Shown here: in pieces, positions 27,228 to 36,922 of the stretch
Position numbering within the stretch: position 1 is the first letter of the stretch
Layout: the number at the start of each line of letters is the position of its first letter
NCBI GenBank assembly: GCA_965208535.1
Contig: CBDBOU010000002.1
Coordinates: 131,701 to 195,700 of the forward strand
Direction of reading: 5' to 3'
Length of the DNA stretch: 64,000 bases
Source: Vicinamibacterales bacterium
GTDB lineage: Bacteria; Acidobacteriota; Vicinamibacteria; Vicinamibacterales; UBA8438
Translations under genes and position numbers: made by a program
The notes under the pieces: generated by a model
The model's input: only the letters and a program-made list of their open reading frames with translations
Database searches by the model: none
What the model was told of the DNA's origin: nothing

Positions 27228-28715
27228 CTACGGCAGCGGCATCTCCGGGCTGTCCTCGGCGCGCGCCCGCTCGAACGCCGGGCGCGGCGTCTCCGAGCGC
27301 ACCTGTTCCAGCCAGAACACGCCGTCGTAGGGCGCGCTGTTGCCCCGCGTGCCCAGGAAGTCGACGTCCCCGTCGCCATCGACGTCGCGGGCGATGAACT
27401 TGTCGTACATGCCCCGCTTGCGGCGGGAGACGTCGTGGCGCACCCACTCCCCGGTCGCGTCGCCGGGGTGCTCGAACCAGCCGATGCGCCCGAGGGCGTC
27501 GTCCTTGTCGACGTCCCCGTCCCCTTCCCGCGGCCCGCGGCTGTAGCTGCCGGCCATGACGTCCAGGCGACCGTCGCCGTTGATGTCCGCCACCTCGATG
27601 CCGGTCATGCTGTCGGGGGCGAAGCTGCCGATGCGGTGCGCGTTCCACGCGTCGTCGATGCGCTCGGGCTGCTCCAGCCAGGCGAGGCCCCCGCCGGCCG
27701 CGCCGATGATATCGAGGCGCCCGTCCCCGTTCAGATCCGCGTACTCCAGGTTGAAGCCGGCCGCCCGCGCGCCGTAGATGCCGATGGCGTGCTCGCGGAA
27801 ATCGAGCGTGCCGTCCCCCGGATTCTCGAAGAACAGGATCCGGTTCTCGCCGCGCGTGCCCACCACGATGTCGAGATCGCCGTCACCGTCCAGGTCCACC
27901 GGCTCGGCGTTCTGCGGGACGCTGTAGCGTCCGAGCACGGTCTCCTTCCAGTTGTCGCCCTTGAGCGGATCCCCCTGCACCGAAAAGACCGAGACCGGCG
28001 TCGAGCGCGCGAAGTCCTTCGGCGCGGGCCGCTGCGCCCCCTTGTTCGGGGCCGTCATCTCCGGGACGCCGTCGCCGTCGAGGTCGGCCAGGAAGACGCG
28101 GATGTAGGATCCGCGGCCCTTGGTCATCGGCAGGATCAGCCGCGGCCACTTGGCGTCGCGCACGTCGTTGCCCGGGTTCTGCAGGTAGATGAGGTGCGAG
28201 AGCTCGGCCGCCACCACGACGTCGAGATGTCCGTCGCCGTTGACGTCGGCGATGTCGGCGTCCTCCGGTGCGGGCGCGTCCGCTCCCTCCGCGATGGTGA
28301 CGTTCGTCCAGACGTCCGGGTCGGCCGAGCCGAACGCCACGCGCACGTGGCCCTCGGCGTCCGGCACGTAGTCGGGGTCCGGCACGCTCGAGTCGTACTC
28401 GCTGTCCGACTCGTGCACCGACACGATGTCCTCGTGGCCGTCGTTGTCGAGGTCGGCCATCACCAGGCCGTCGCTGCCGCTCAGGCCGAACCCGGCGGTG
28501 GCGGGCTCGTCGATGATGTGCTCGCGCCAACTGACGTAGCTGCCGTCCGCCGCCCGCGCCGCCGTGGGCGTGTCCCCGACGGTGGGCTGTGCGTCGGCCG
28601 CCTGTGGCGAGAGCCATACGAGGCAAGCGAGGAGGAGGAAAAGGAGTGCGGCCAAGTCGCGACCCTTCCGAAACCGCACCGACGCGCCGGACGAGTATGT
28701 TCGATCGAGAGTCAT
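27228..28715 (-). CDS. FG-GAP/VCBS repeat protein, secreted
   Basis: Signal peptide followed by seven D-x-D/N-x-DG-x-x-D repeats (ADLDNDGHEDIV, DVNGDGHLDVVV, ADLNGDGRLDII ...). Confidence 0.85.
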   Translation of the reverse strand: MTLDRTYSSGASVRFRKGRDLAALLFLLLACLVWLSPQAADAQPTVGDTPTAARAADGSYVSWREHIIDEPATAGFGLSGSDGLVMADLDNDGHEDIVSVHESDSEYDSSVPDPDYVPDAEGHVRVAFGSADPDVWTNVTIAEGADAPAPEDADIADVNGDGHLDVVVAAELSHLIYLQNPGNDVRDAKWPRLILPMTKGRGSYIRVFLADLDGDGVPEMTAPNKGAQRPAPKDFARSTPVSVFSVQGDPLKGDNWKETVLGRYSVPQNAEPVDLDGDGDLDIVVGTRGENRILFFENPGDGTLDFREHAIGIYGARAAGFNLEYADLNGDGRLDIIGAAGGGLAWLEQPERIDDAWNAHRIGSFAPDSMTGIEVADINGDGRLDVMAGSYSRGPREGDGDVDKDDALGRIGWFEHPGDATGEWVRHDVSRRKRGMYDKFIARDVDGDGDVDFLGTRGNSAPYDGVFWLEQVRSETPRPAFERARAEDSPEMPLP

Positions 28716-29025
28716 CGTGATCCTCCTCGTGGTCAGCCGCTCGCCGTCAGCCGGCCTCGGCCTGCCCGTCGCGGTCTGCCTCTCGGGTCCATTTTCTCGC
28801 GGCCCCCACCGGTCGCAATCCTACACGCATTGTTCCCGCCGGCGAGCCGGTAGAATTGCGTTCGTCGAGTTGCTCGACGAACGACGTGGCGATGCATGGA
28901 CAACGGATCCTCCGACTGCAGGACTACAGTGACGCGGTCCTCGCGGGGAGGAGGGAAACCGTTCGACCGTATACTCGGGGACTCCTGATACAGCGAGTGG
29001 GATGCACGCGAGTGGGATGCACGCG

Positions 29026-30537
29026 ATGAAGAAGACACGATTTCTGCTTGGTATCGTCCTGACCGGTCTGGCCGTGCTGCTGCTGGCGCTGGCGCCGCTC
29101 GGCGCCGAGGACCGCCCGAACTTCATCCTGCTGATGGGCGACGACCACGGCTGGGAAGAGACCGGCTACAACGGCCACGCCTACCTGCGGACGCCGGTGC
29201 TCGACAGGATGGCCGCTTCCGGCCTGCGCATGGACCGCTTCTACGCCGCGCACCCGTCCTGCTCGCCCACCCGCGGGAGCGTGCTGACCGGGCGGCACCC
29301 GGTGCGCTACGGCACGTTCGCGCCCAACTGGTCGATGCGTCCGGAGGAGATCACCATCGCCCACGTGCTGCGCGACGGCGGCTACGCCACCGGCCACTTC
29401 GGCAAGTGGCACGTCGGCACCGTGAAGGCCGGCTCGCCCCTCAATCCGGGCGCGATGGGTTTCGACGAGTGGCTCTCGCACGACAACTTCTTCGAGCTGC
29501 ACCCGACCCTGTCGCGCAACGGCGGGCCGCCCGAGCGGTTCGAGGGGGAGAGCTCGGCGATCGTCGTCGACGAGACCATCCGCTTCATCGAGAAGTCGCG
29601 GGATTCCGGCAAGCCGTTCCTGGCCGTCGTCTGGTTCGGATCGCCCCACGAGCCCTACAGCGGGCTCCCGGAGGACCTGGCCCTCTACGACGAGCTGCCG
29701 GCGCAGTACGCCGACCGCATGGTGCCGCTGACCTCGAACGAGACCGGCCAGCAGATCGAGCGCCCGCTGGGGGACGTGCTGCGCGAGCGCTACGCCGAGA
29801 TCACCGCCATGGACCGCGCCATCGGCACGCTGCGCGACTACCTGGACGGGGCAGGGCTGCGGGAGAACACCCTGCTCTGGTACAACGGCGACAACGGGAC
29901 GCCCCGCAGCGGATTGGCGGAAACACCCCTGCGCGGCCTGAAGGGGACGATGTACGAGGGCGGGATCCGCGTGCCCGGCATCATCGAGTGGCCGGCGCGC
30001 GTTCCCGAGGCGCGGGCGACCGACGTGGCCGCGGTGACCAGCGACATCCTGCCCACCCTGGCCGCCCTGGCGGGGCAGCCGGCGCCCGACCGGCCCCTGG
30101 ACGGCATAGATCTCGAGCCGCTCATCGACGGACGGATGACCGCGCGCCCGGCGCCCATCTTCTTCTGGAGCTTCGACACCGGCGTCCTGGCGGGCCGCGA
30201 CCACGACCCCTGGATCGATCCCGCGCTGCAGGTCGGCACCACGCCGCTCGTCAAGCTGATGAACGGCATCGCCACCCGCAACTTCGAGAACTTCCGCTAC
30301 CCGGCGGTCGACGCGCACGACTTCGGCGGCGCGCGGGTGATGCTGGACGACGATCACAAGCTGGTCGTCGACGGGTCGCGCGGCTCCGGAGCCGAGCTGT
30401 TCGACCTGCGCAAGGACCGGGCCGAGAGCCGCAACCTGGCCGCGGACGAGACGGGCGTTCTGGACGAGCTGCAGGCGAGCCTGCGCGCGTGGCAGGAGTC
30501 GGTGCTGAACAGCCTGACCGGCGCGGACTATCGGTAG
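29026..30537 (+). CDS. arylsulfatase-family sulfatase, secreted
   Basis: MKKTRFLLGIVLTGLAVLLLA signal. MGDDHGW and the CSPTRGSVLTGR formylglycine motif. Confidence 0.9.
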   Translation: MKKTRFLLGIVLTGLAVLLLALAPLGAEDRPNFILLMGDDHGWEETGYNGHAYLRTPVLDRMAASGLRMDRFYAAHPSCSPTRGSVLTGRHPVRYGTFAPNWSMRPEEITIAHVLRDGGYATGHFGKWHVGTVKAGSPLNPGAMGFDEWLSHDNFFELHPTLSRNGGPPERFEGESSAIVVDETIRFIEKSRDSGKPFLAVVWFGSPHEPYSGLPEDLALYDELPAQYADRMVPLTSNETGQQIERPLGDVLRERYAEITAMDRAIGTLRDYLDGAGLRENTLLWYNGDNGTPRSGLAETPLRGLKGTMYEGGIRVPGIIEWPARVPEARATDVAAVTSDILPTLAALAGQPAPDRPLDGIDLEPLIDGRMTARPAPIFFWSFDTGVLAGRDHDPWIDPALQVGTTPLVKLMNGIATRNFENFRYPAVDAHDFGGARVMLDDDHKLVVDGSRGSGAELFDLRKDRAESRNLAADETGVLDELQASLRAWQESVLNSLTGADYR

Positions 30538-30615
30538 CTATCCGGCGTCAGCGGAGCGGTTCGCAATGATACGGTAGGGAGGTCGCCGCCCATCCTCGCC
30601 CTCCCGGAGGAGACC

Positions 30616-31536
30616 GTGCTGAGAGCCGTTGCCCTGTCGCTGCTGCTGGCCGTCGGTGTCCTGTCCATCGTCATCGCGGCCCAGCCGACCGGCCTGCCGC
30701 CGGCGCCGCCGCTGCGGCTGGAGCAGCTCGACGACAAGCTCTACGTCCTCCACGGCGGGTGCATGTGCGGCAACACGCTCTTCTACGTCGCCGACGGCGG
30801 CGTGGTCCTGGTCGACACCAAGGTCGCGGGCCAGGGCGGCGCGATCCTCGACCAGCTCCGTACCGTCACCGACAAGCCGGTGGCGATGATCATCAACACG
30901 CATACGCACTTCGACCACACCGGCAGCAATGCCGAGCTCGGCCGCGTCGAGCGGATCGTGGCGCACGAGAACGCCCGGGCCAGCCTGATGAAGACGACCT
31001 GCGGCCCGGTCACCAACTGCGGCGCGTTCAAGGGCGAGAACGAGCGCTTTCTGCCGAACGTCACCTTCAGCGACTCCCGCACGCTGGATGTGGGGGCCGA
31101 CCGCATCGTTCTCCACTACTTCGGCCCGGGACACACCGACGGCGATGCGTGGATCGTCTTTCCCGACATCCGTGCCGCGATGGGCGGCGACCTGTTCGGG
31201 GCCAAGGGCGTGCCGTACATCGATACGGAGAACGGCGGCACCGCGCTCGACTACGACGAGACGATCGCCCGCGCCGTGGCGGGGCTGGAAGGCCGGGTCG
31301 ACACCGTGATTTCCGGCCACGTCGAGGCCTACCCGTGGGACGACCTCGTCCGCTACGCCGAGTTTCACCGGCACCTGGAGGACCACGTGCTCGCCGGTGT
31401 CGAGACGGGGCGCACGCCGGCCGACGTGGCCGCCGACTACACGACGCCGGATCACCTGGCGGACTTCTCGTTCATCGAGCCGTTCGCCTCCAACTTCGTG
31501 CAGATGATGTACAGCGAAGCGCGGGCGGCCCGGTAG
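30616..31536 (+). CDS. MBL-fold metallo-hydrolase, secreted
   Basis: NTHTHFDHTGSN (HxHxDH) and GPGHTDGDAW. Signal-like N-terminus. Confidence 0.85.
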   Translation: MLRAVALSLLLAVGVLSIVIAAQPTGLPPAPPLRLEQLDDKLYVLHGGCMCGNTLFYVADGGVVLVDTKVAGQGGAILDQLRTVTDKPVAMIINTHTHFDHTGSNAELGRVERIVAHENARASLMKTTCGPVTNCGAFKGENERFLPNVTFSDSRTLDVGADRIVLHYFGPGHTDGDAWIVFPDIRAAMGGDLFGAKGVPYIDTENGGTALDYDETIARAVAGLEGRVDTVISGHVEAYPWDDLVRYAEFHRHLEDHVLAGVETGRTPADVAADYTTPDHLADFSFIEPFASNFVQMMYSEARAAR

Positions 31537-31709
31537 GAGTCTGCGGCGCGGGCTCCCGTCAGCGCGGCCGCTCGGGGAACTGCGCTACCCCGCTCGGAAA
31601 GCTGAGCCTCGGCGGCAGCGGCGCCGTGGCTGGCGGCGGTCTGCTGTTCGCCGCCATGCGCACGCTCGGTTAGAGCGTCTCGGGCGGCTCTTCGCACGAC
31701 CGGACGGCG

Positions 31710-33734
31710 CTACTCTTCGCTGGCCCGGTACCAGATCGGCGAAGTCCACGCCCGCTCCTGGATCTTCCACGGCAGGTCGGGAGCCATGCACGCCGCCGGG
31801 CGCTCTTCGTCGGGCAGGGCCGCGCACTGCAGCGCGTTCCAGCGGCAGCTCGGGTTCTCCACGACGCGCGCGTAGTAGACGGCCGAACGGGACGGGTCGA
31901 AGTCCGGATCGGTCCAGACGGCGCACAGGGATGCCGCGCCGCCGCCGCTGCGCTCGCAGGTCGACCGCGACACGTCCGCGCCGTTGTCGGCATCGCCCGC
32001 CACGTCGTGGATCGCCTCGTGGAACAGGCCGTCGTCGCCCACCCAGCCCTTGATGATCTGGATGCGCTGCAGCGGGGTCCCGGCGTACGTGTCGGTTCCG
32101 GGGTCGGCCAGCGCCGTCACGAAGAAGCTGGGCGCCTCCGCTTCTTCACTGTCCGGCAGGACGCTGCCCATCGGCACGCCCGCCTCGTACGCGTCGGCGA
32201 TCATGTCGTTGCTCGCGCACAGGTCGGGCAGATCCCAACCGCCGAACAGCCGCGCCTGGATCCGCACGCCGCTGGTGCCGAAGGTCTCCTTGCGCTGCAT
32301 CGCGTCGAACAGCGAGTCGCGCGAGTTCTCCTCGGCCCAGACGCCGACCAGCCCGCCCGGATTCCGCAGCGGATGCGGGGCGTAGGCATCGGTCGTCAGG
32401 CGCTTCTCCAGGTCCGAGTCGACGTTCGAGTTCTGCCCCTGGTAGTCGTACTCGTCGGTGTCGCCGGGCAGGCCGTTGTGCCCGTCCGTGCTGGCGATCA
32501 GGCCGAGCTGGATGGGGTTGATCCCGATGCGCTCCTCCCTGGCAATGCCTTCGATGAGCGCGTAGCGCACGAAGTCGAGACGCGACTGGCAGCCCTCGCC
32601 GCGCAGCCCGCCCTCGCCCGTACCGTCCTCGCAGTCGGGGGGACGCTCGCCGTCGATGTAGCGCACCTTCTCGAAGTCGCACAGCTCGTCCTCACCGCCG
32701 ATCACGTTCCACATGCCGCGGCGGCACTCGGACTCGCCCTTGGCCTGCATCATCTCCACCAGCGGCTCCATCTCGCTACGCAGCGCGGCGCGCGCCCGCT
32801 GCTCGTCGATCGGCAGCCCGCCCCAGTCGAGGGTGAACATCTGGCCGTTGGAGATGTTGGGGTTGTGGGGGATGGTGAGCGCCTCGCAGCCGGTGCCGGT
32901 GTCGTTGCAACGCGCCTTCAGCCGGGTCCACAGGTCGAGCGGCTGATCGGCGTCGATCCAGGAGATCGGCAGCTCCGGCCCGATCTCGTTGCGCAGGATG
33001 ACATTGCGGTGCACCTTGGAGCGGCTTGGCGCCCGGGTGTACTCCCACGCGTGGAACGCCGTGAACGAGCAGTCGCTGGAGCGGTCGTAATGGCGCTCGG
33101 CCGCCTCGCGGGTCGCCTCCCAGGCGGTGAGCAGGCCGTCGCGGCACTGGATGCCGTCCTCGCCGCAGACCAGCGGACCCCGGCCGGCGGTTCGGTCAGC
33201 CTGCCAGGCGGCGCGCTCCTCGGCGGTGCCGCCCGGCCGCAGGCCGCGGCAGACGGCGGTGTCGTACACGGGGGAGGACGGATCGGTGCACACCGCCACC
33301 TCGCCCAGCCACTCGGAGTGATCCGTGACCGCCGCGAAATCGAGCGGGCGGTCCAACTGCGCCGTGCGCATCGGCCGGCCCTCGGCGTCGACCGGGCTCA
33401 GGCCGATCGCCTCGCCGCGCGCGAAGCGGTAGGCGTCGTCGGGCGTCTGGAAGCCGCCGCGCCCGAGGGCGTCGAGCGAGAAGGCGGTGTGGGTGTGGAG
33501 GTCGCCGAAGAAGACCTGCCGCAGCGGGTCGTTGTGTGCGCACGGCTCCCGCGGGACCAGGTCGGCCGCCTGCGCCGGCGCGCTCGGCGGGTTCCACTCG
33601 ACGACGGGGCGGTCCGCCCCAACTGCCCGAACCTGTGCCTCGTCGGGCGGGGAATCGGGTTGGCCGCAGGCGAGGGCGACCAGGGTCAACAGGCAGGCCG
33701 CGAGTCGTAATGCCGTCATGCGAGACTCTCCCAC
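31710..33734 (-). CDS. DUF3604-domain protein, lipoprotein
   Basis: LVALACGQ lipobox. FFGDLHTHTAFSLDA and the overall ~670-aa layout are typical of DUF3604. Confidence 0.75.
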   Translation of the reverse strand: MGESRMTALRLAACLLTLVALACGQPDSPPDEAQVRAVGADRPVVEWNPPSAPAQAADLVPREPCAHNDPLRQVFFGDLHTHTAFSLDALGRGGFQTPDDAYRFARGEAIGLSPVDAEGRPMRTAQLDRPLDFAAVTDHSEWLGEVAVCTDPSSPVYDTAVCRGLRPGGTAEERAAWQADRTAGRGPLVCGEDGIQCRDGLLTAWEATREAAERHYDRSSDCSFTAFHAWEYTRAPSRSKVHRNVILRNEIGPELPISWIDADQPLDLWTRLKARCNDTGTGCEALTIPHNPNISNGQMFTLDWGGLPIDEQRARAALRSEMEPLVEMMQAKGESECRRGMWNVIGGEDELCDFEKVRYIDGERPPDCEDGTGEGGLRGEGCQSRLDFVRYALIEGIAREERIGINPIQLGLIASTDGHNGLPGDTDEYDYQGQNSNVDSDLEKRLTTDAYAPHPLRNPGGLVGVWAEENSRDSLFDAMQRKETFGTSGVRIQARLFGGWDLPDLCASNDMIADAYEAGVPMGSVLPDSEEAEAPSFFVTALADPGTDTYAGTPLQRIQIIKGWVGDDGLFHEAIHDVAGDADNGADVSRSTCERSGGGAASLCAVWTDPDFDPSRSAVYYARVVENPSCRWNALQCAALPDEERPAACMAPDLPWKIQERAWTSPIWYRASEE

Positions 33735-33759
33735 GCGTCGGGGGGCGGCTGGTCGCTGT

Positions 33760-33933
33760 CTAGCGGACGTGAACGGCGCGGCTCAACTCATCGACGCGGC
33801 CGGTCAGGTGGTCGACGCGGCCGGTCAGGTGGTCGACGCGGCCGGTAAGCCGGAAGATCTGCCATGAATTGAACAGTGTCCCGGCCGCGGCGATCAGGGC
33901 GCCGACACCGGCGATCACGTTGAACGTCTCCAT
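33760..33933 (-). CDS. small N-terminal TM plus heptad-repeat miniprotein (family member 3)
   Basis: METFNVIAGVGALIAAAGTLFNSWQIFRLTGRVDHLTGRVDHLTGRVDELSRAVHVR. The rest of listed ORF 33760-34968 is a shadow of the parvulin gene region. Confidence 0.45.
   Translation of the reverse strand: METFNVIAGVGALIAAAGTLFNSWQIFRLTGRVDHLTGRVDHLTGRVDELSRAVHVR
33790..33852. repeat. 21-bp tandem repeat (~3 units) inside the miniprotein gene
   Basis: gtcgacgcggccggtcaggtg occurs twice perfectly (one copy with a first-base difference), plus a degenerate third unit. On the minus strand it encodes the LTGRVDH heptads. Confidence 0.85.
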
Positions 33934-34019
33934 AAGCCGATGGTAGCACGCCGGGATTGACACGTTTGCGGTTCCGGACCACTCCGGATGCGGCCCGCCA
34001 CGCTTGTGGGGCGATGCAT

Positions 34020-34940
34020 CTATTCCCGCCTGGATTCGGTATCGCTTGCCGTCGCCGGAAGCCTCACTTCGTAGACATCGCGCAGCTCCTGGTACGCGGT
34101 CAGGCTGCGGTCGCGGCGGCGGTCCTCGCGCAGATCCGCGGTCACTCGGTCCCGAACCTCGGCGAGCGTCGGCGCGCTGGATGGTGTCCGGCCGTTCACC
34201 CGCACCAGGTGCACGCCGTAGGTCGAGTCCACCGGCCCGTTCCACCCGCCCACCGCGAGCCCGGCGACGGCCTCCGCGAAGCCTCTGCCGAAGAGCCCCG
34301 CGATCTCCTGGTCGCTTCTGTCGGCGTAGGCGCGGGCGAGCATGAAGGGATCGCCCATCCGCTGCCAGCCGCTGCCGCCGCCGGCGCGCACCTCGGCGAG
34401 CAGGGCCGTCGCGTCGCCGGCCGGGTCGGTTCTGCTGTCCCCCGACAGAAACACGTGGTCGAACGTCGTCCGTCCCGCTCTTCGGTAGCGTTCGGCGTGC
34501 CGCGCGTAGTACTCCTCGACCTCCGCTTCCGACGGAGCCCCGGTGGCGCCGGCATCCTCCAGGATGAATGTCAGCTTCTGGGCGAGCCGCCGCCGCACGA
34601 TGGCGTCGTCGCGGTCGAGGCCCAAGCGCTGCGCCTCGCGGTACAGGACCTCTTCGTCGACCGCTTCGTCGATCAACGTCTGCAATTCGTCTCCTGTCGG
34701 TTCGCGGCCCCATTGCGCGATCCACCGCGCGCGAAGGCGCTCGACCTCGTCCGGCGTGATCTCGATCACGGGTCGCGCCGTCTCGCCGCCGGCCAGCCAG
34801 CCGTCGAGCGCGAACACGCCGATGCCGAGGAGCACGAAGACGACGAGGGGGTCGCGCAGCCACCGAGGCATCCGGTCCGGCGGAACGCCGCCCGACGCCG
34901 TGTTGGATGCGGGACCGTCGGGAGAGATGTCTGCACGCAT
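34020..34940 (-). CDS. parvulin-type peptidyl-prolyl isomerase (PpiC/SurA-like), membrane anchored
   Basis: N-terminal TM LVVFVLLGIGVFAL, and a C-terminal rotamase-like part ..FDHVFL..GWNGPVDSTYGVHLVRV. Start uncertain (ATG 34940 or 34871). Confidence 0.7.
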   Translation of the reverse strand: MRADISPDGPASNTASGGVPPDRMPRWLRDPLVVFVLLGIGVFALDGWLAGGETARPVIEITPDEVERLRARWIAQWGREPTGDELQTLIDEAVDEEVLYREAQRLGLDRDDAIVRRRLAQKLTFILEDAGATGAPSEAEVEEYYARHAERYRRAGRTTFDHVFLSGDSRTDPAGDATALLAEVRAGGGSGWQRMGDPFMLARAYADRSDQEIAGLFGRGFAEAVAGLAVGGWNGPVDSTYGVHLVRVNGRTPSSAPTLAEVRDRVTADLREDRRRDRSLTAYQELRDVYEVRLPATASDTESRRE

Positions 34941-35198
34941 CGGTCGAGTGACCGCGGGTCGACCGCATTCTAGCCCGTCAATCGTCGCCTGCGGCTCCGG
35001 CTGCCGCCCAACCATGGAGTCTGCACCTCCTTCGAGGCCCGGACTCCTGGCGCGGGAGAGTTCGCTCCGGTGTGTCGTGAATGCCACGCGTTGCAGTGAT
35101 GGTGCGAGCCGCGTGGCGGCCCCGGTGACGTCGCAGTTGGACCTCAGTGGTAGCAGCTATAGAGTTCATAATAGCAGACACTAGAAAGATTTCAGATT

Positions 35199-35555
35199 AT
35201 GATTGTGAACGCTATGGGCGTGCCGAGAAGTAAGGCTCTGCCGTTGCCGGTCGGACGTGCGCTCACCAGGCTCGGCGCGGACATCCGCGACGCCCGGCGG
35301 CGGCGCCGCATTCCCACGGCGACGATGGCGGAACGCGCGGGGATCAGCCGCACGACGCTGCACAAGGTCGAGCGGGGTGATCCGGGCGTCTCTCTCGGCA
35401 TCTATGCCACGGTGCTGTTCGTGCTGGGGCTGGAGGAGCGCCTCGCGGAACTGGCTGATCCGCGAAACGACGCGGTCGGCCTGGATCTCGAAGCCGAAGC
35501 GCTGCCCAAGCGCATCCGCGGTCGACGCCGGCGCACGCCGACGCCTGGTGCGTGA
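35199..35555 (+). CDS. hipB: XRE-family HTH antitoxin HipB
   Basis: LGADIRDARRRRRIPTATMAERAGISRTTLHKVERGD. Immediately upstream of hipA and overlapping it. Confidence 0.8.
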   Translation: MIVNAMGVPRSKALPLPVGRALTRLGADIRDARRRRRIPTATMAERAGISRTTLHKVERGDPGVSLGIYATVLFVLGLEERLAELADPRNDAVGLDLEAEALPKRIRGRRRRTPTPGA

Positions 35556-36808
35556 TGGACAGAGAGATTTCGTTTCCGTCGATCTCCATGGCGCGCCCGT
35601 CTTCGTCGGACGTTTGTGGTGGCGAAGCCGCAAGGGCCGGGAGAGCGCCTCGTTCGAGTACGACCCCGGGTGGCTCGAGCACCCGGAGCGCTTCGCCCTC
35701 GAGCCGGCCCTGGCGCTGACTCTCGGTCCATTTCACACTGCGCCCGGACGGTCGTTGTTCGGCGCCGTCGGCGATTCGACGCCCGACCGCTGGGGCTGGC
35801 TCCTGATGCGTCGCGCGGAACGCCGCCGCGCCCGGCAAGTAAGGCCGCGCTCCACGGGCCCTCTCCGAAGCGGACGTCCTCCTGCGCGTCGACGACGAGG
35901 CGAGGCAGGGAGCGCTGCGTTTCTCTACCGAGACGACCGGTCCGTTTCTGGCGGAGCCCGGTCTCAGCCGTATTCCCCCGCTTGTGGAACTCCCGCGCCT
36001 GCTCGTTGGCGCGGAGCGCGTCGCTGACGACGAGGAGAACGACGATGACATCCGGCTGCTCCTCGGGCCCGGTTCCTCACTCGGCGGCGCGCGCCCCAAG
36101 GCCTCCGTTCGCGATGCCGACGGCCGGCTCTGCATCGCGAAGTTCCCGCATTCGCAGGACGAGTTGGACGTCGTCCTCTGGGAAGGAATTGCGCTCGCGC
36201 TTGCCGAGGAGAGCGGCATCGACGTGCCGGAGCGGCGGATCGAGACGGTCGCCGGCAAGCGCGTGCTGATCGTCCGGCGCTTCGACCGCCGGGCGGAACA
36301 CCGCGTCCCGTTTCTCTCGGCCATGAGCATGCTCGGCGCGACGGATCGTGAGCCCCGCTCGTATCCGGAAATCGCCGCTGCCCTGCAGCGACACGGCGCG
36401 GCGGCGCCCCACGACTTGCACCAGTTGTGGCGGCGCGTCGTCTTCAACGTGCTGATCTCGAACGCCGACGACCACCTTCGGAACCACGGGTTCCTGTACG
36501 AAGACCACCGGGGCTGGCGCTTGTCTCCCGCCTACGATCTCAATCCGGTGCCCACCGACATCCGGCCGCGGGTGCTCTCGACGTCGATTGCCGCCCACGA
36601 TCCCACGGCATCGCTCGACCTGGCGCTGGGGACCGCCGGGCACTACCGCTTGGGCTTGAACGAGGCGAGGACGATCGCGAGGGAGGTGGCGAACGCAGTC
36701 GCCCAGTGGCGCGCGGTGGCTCGCCGTCTGGGTGCGGCCCGGCATGACATCGACCGGATGGCGTCCGCGTTCGAGCACGCCGACCTGGACGCGGCACAGC
36801 GTCTCTGA
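35548..36808 (+). pseudogene. hipA: HipA-family kinase toxin interrupted by a frameshift near 35839-35842
   Basis: N-part in frame 1 from GTG 35548: ..VSVDLHGAPVFVGRLWW..FEYDPGWL..GDSTPDRWGWLLMRRAERRRARQ. The continuation GRAPRALSEADVLLRVDDEARQGALRF..GSSLGGARPKASV..NADDHLRNHGF..SPAYDLNP is in frame 2, right behind an in-frame TAA at 35840-35842. Confidence 0.8.
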
Positions 36809-36878
36809 TCCTACAGTTTCGGTGCACCTACGACGTGCTCTTCCGGCGCTCGACCTCGGCCCGCAGGTCTCGGACCGC

Positions 36879-36903
36879 GAAACGCGAAGGCAACCCGAGC
36901 GTC
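36879..36903 (+). promoter_or_regulatory. candidate ECF-type promoter (GAAAC-N16-CGTC)
   Basis: gaaac (36879-36883), a 16-nt spacer, then cgtc (36900-36903), about 20 nt upstream of the ECF sigma ORF start. Motif match only. Confidence 0.25.
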
Positions 36904-36922
36904 GCCGGCGCCGTCCAACCCA

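Noticed and set aside
28993-29025. 15-bp tandem duplication gcgagtgggatgcac x2 adding in-frame ATGs upstream of the sulfatase start.
   Set aside because: Probably a trivial slippage event. The signal peptide begins at the third ATG (29026), so the upstream ATGs are unlikely to matter.
35548-36808. A genuine tripartite HipBST system.
   Set aside because: Kept as a finding but not called as such. Both parts are collinear with single-chain HipA across a 4-nt lesion, there is no stop for the N-part at the junction, and there is no start codon for the C-part until 35984.
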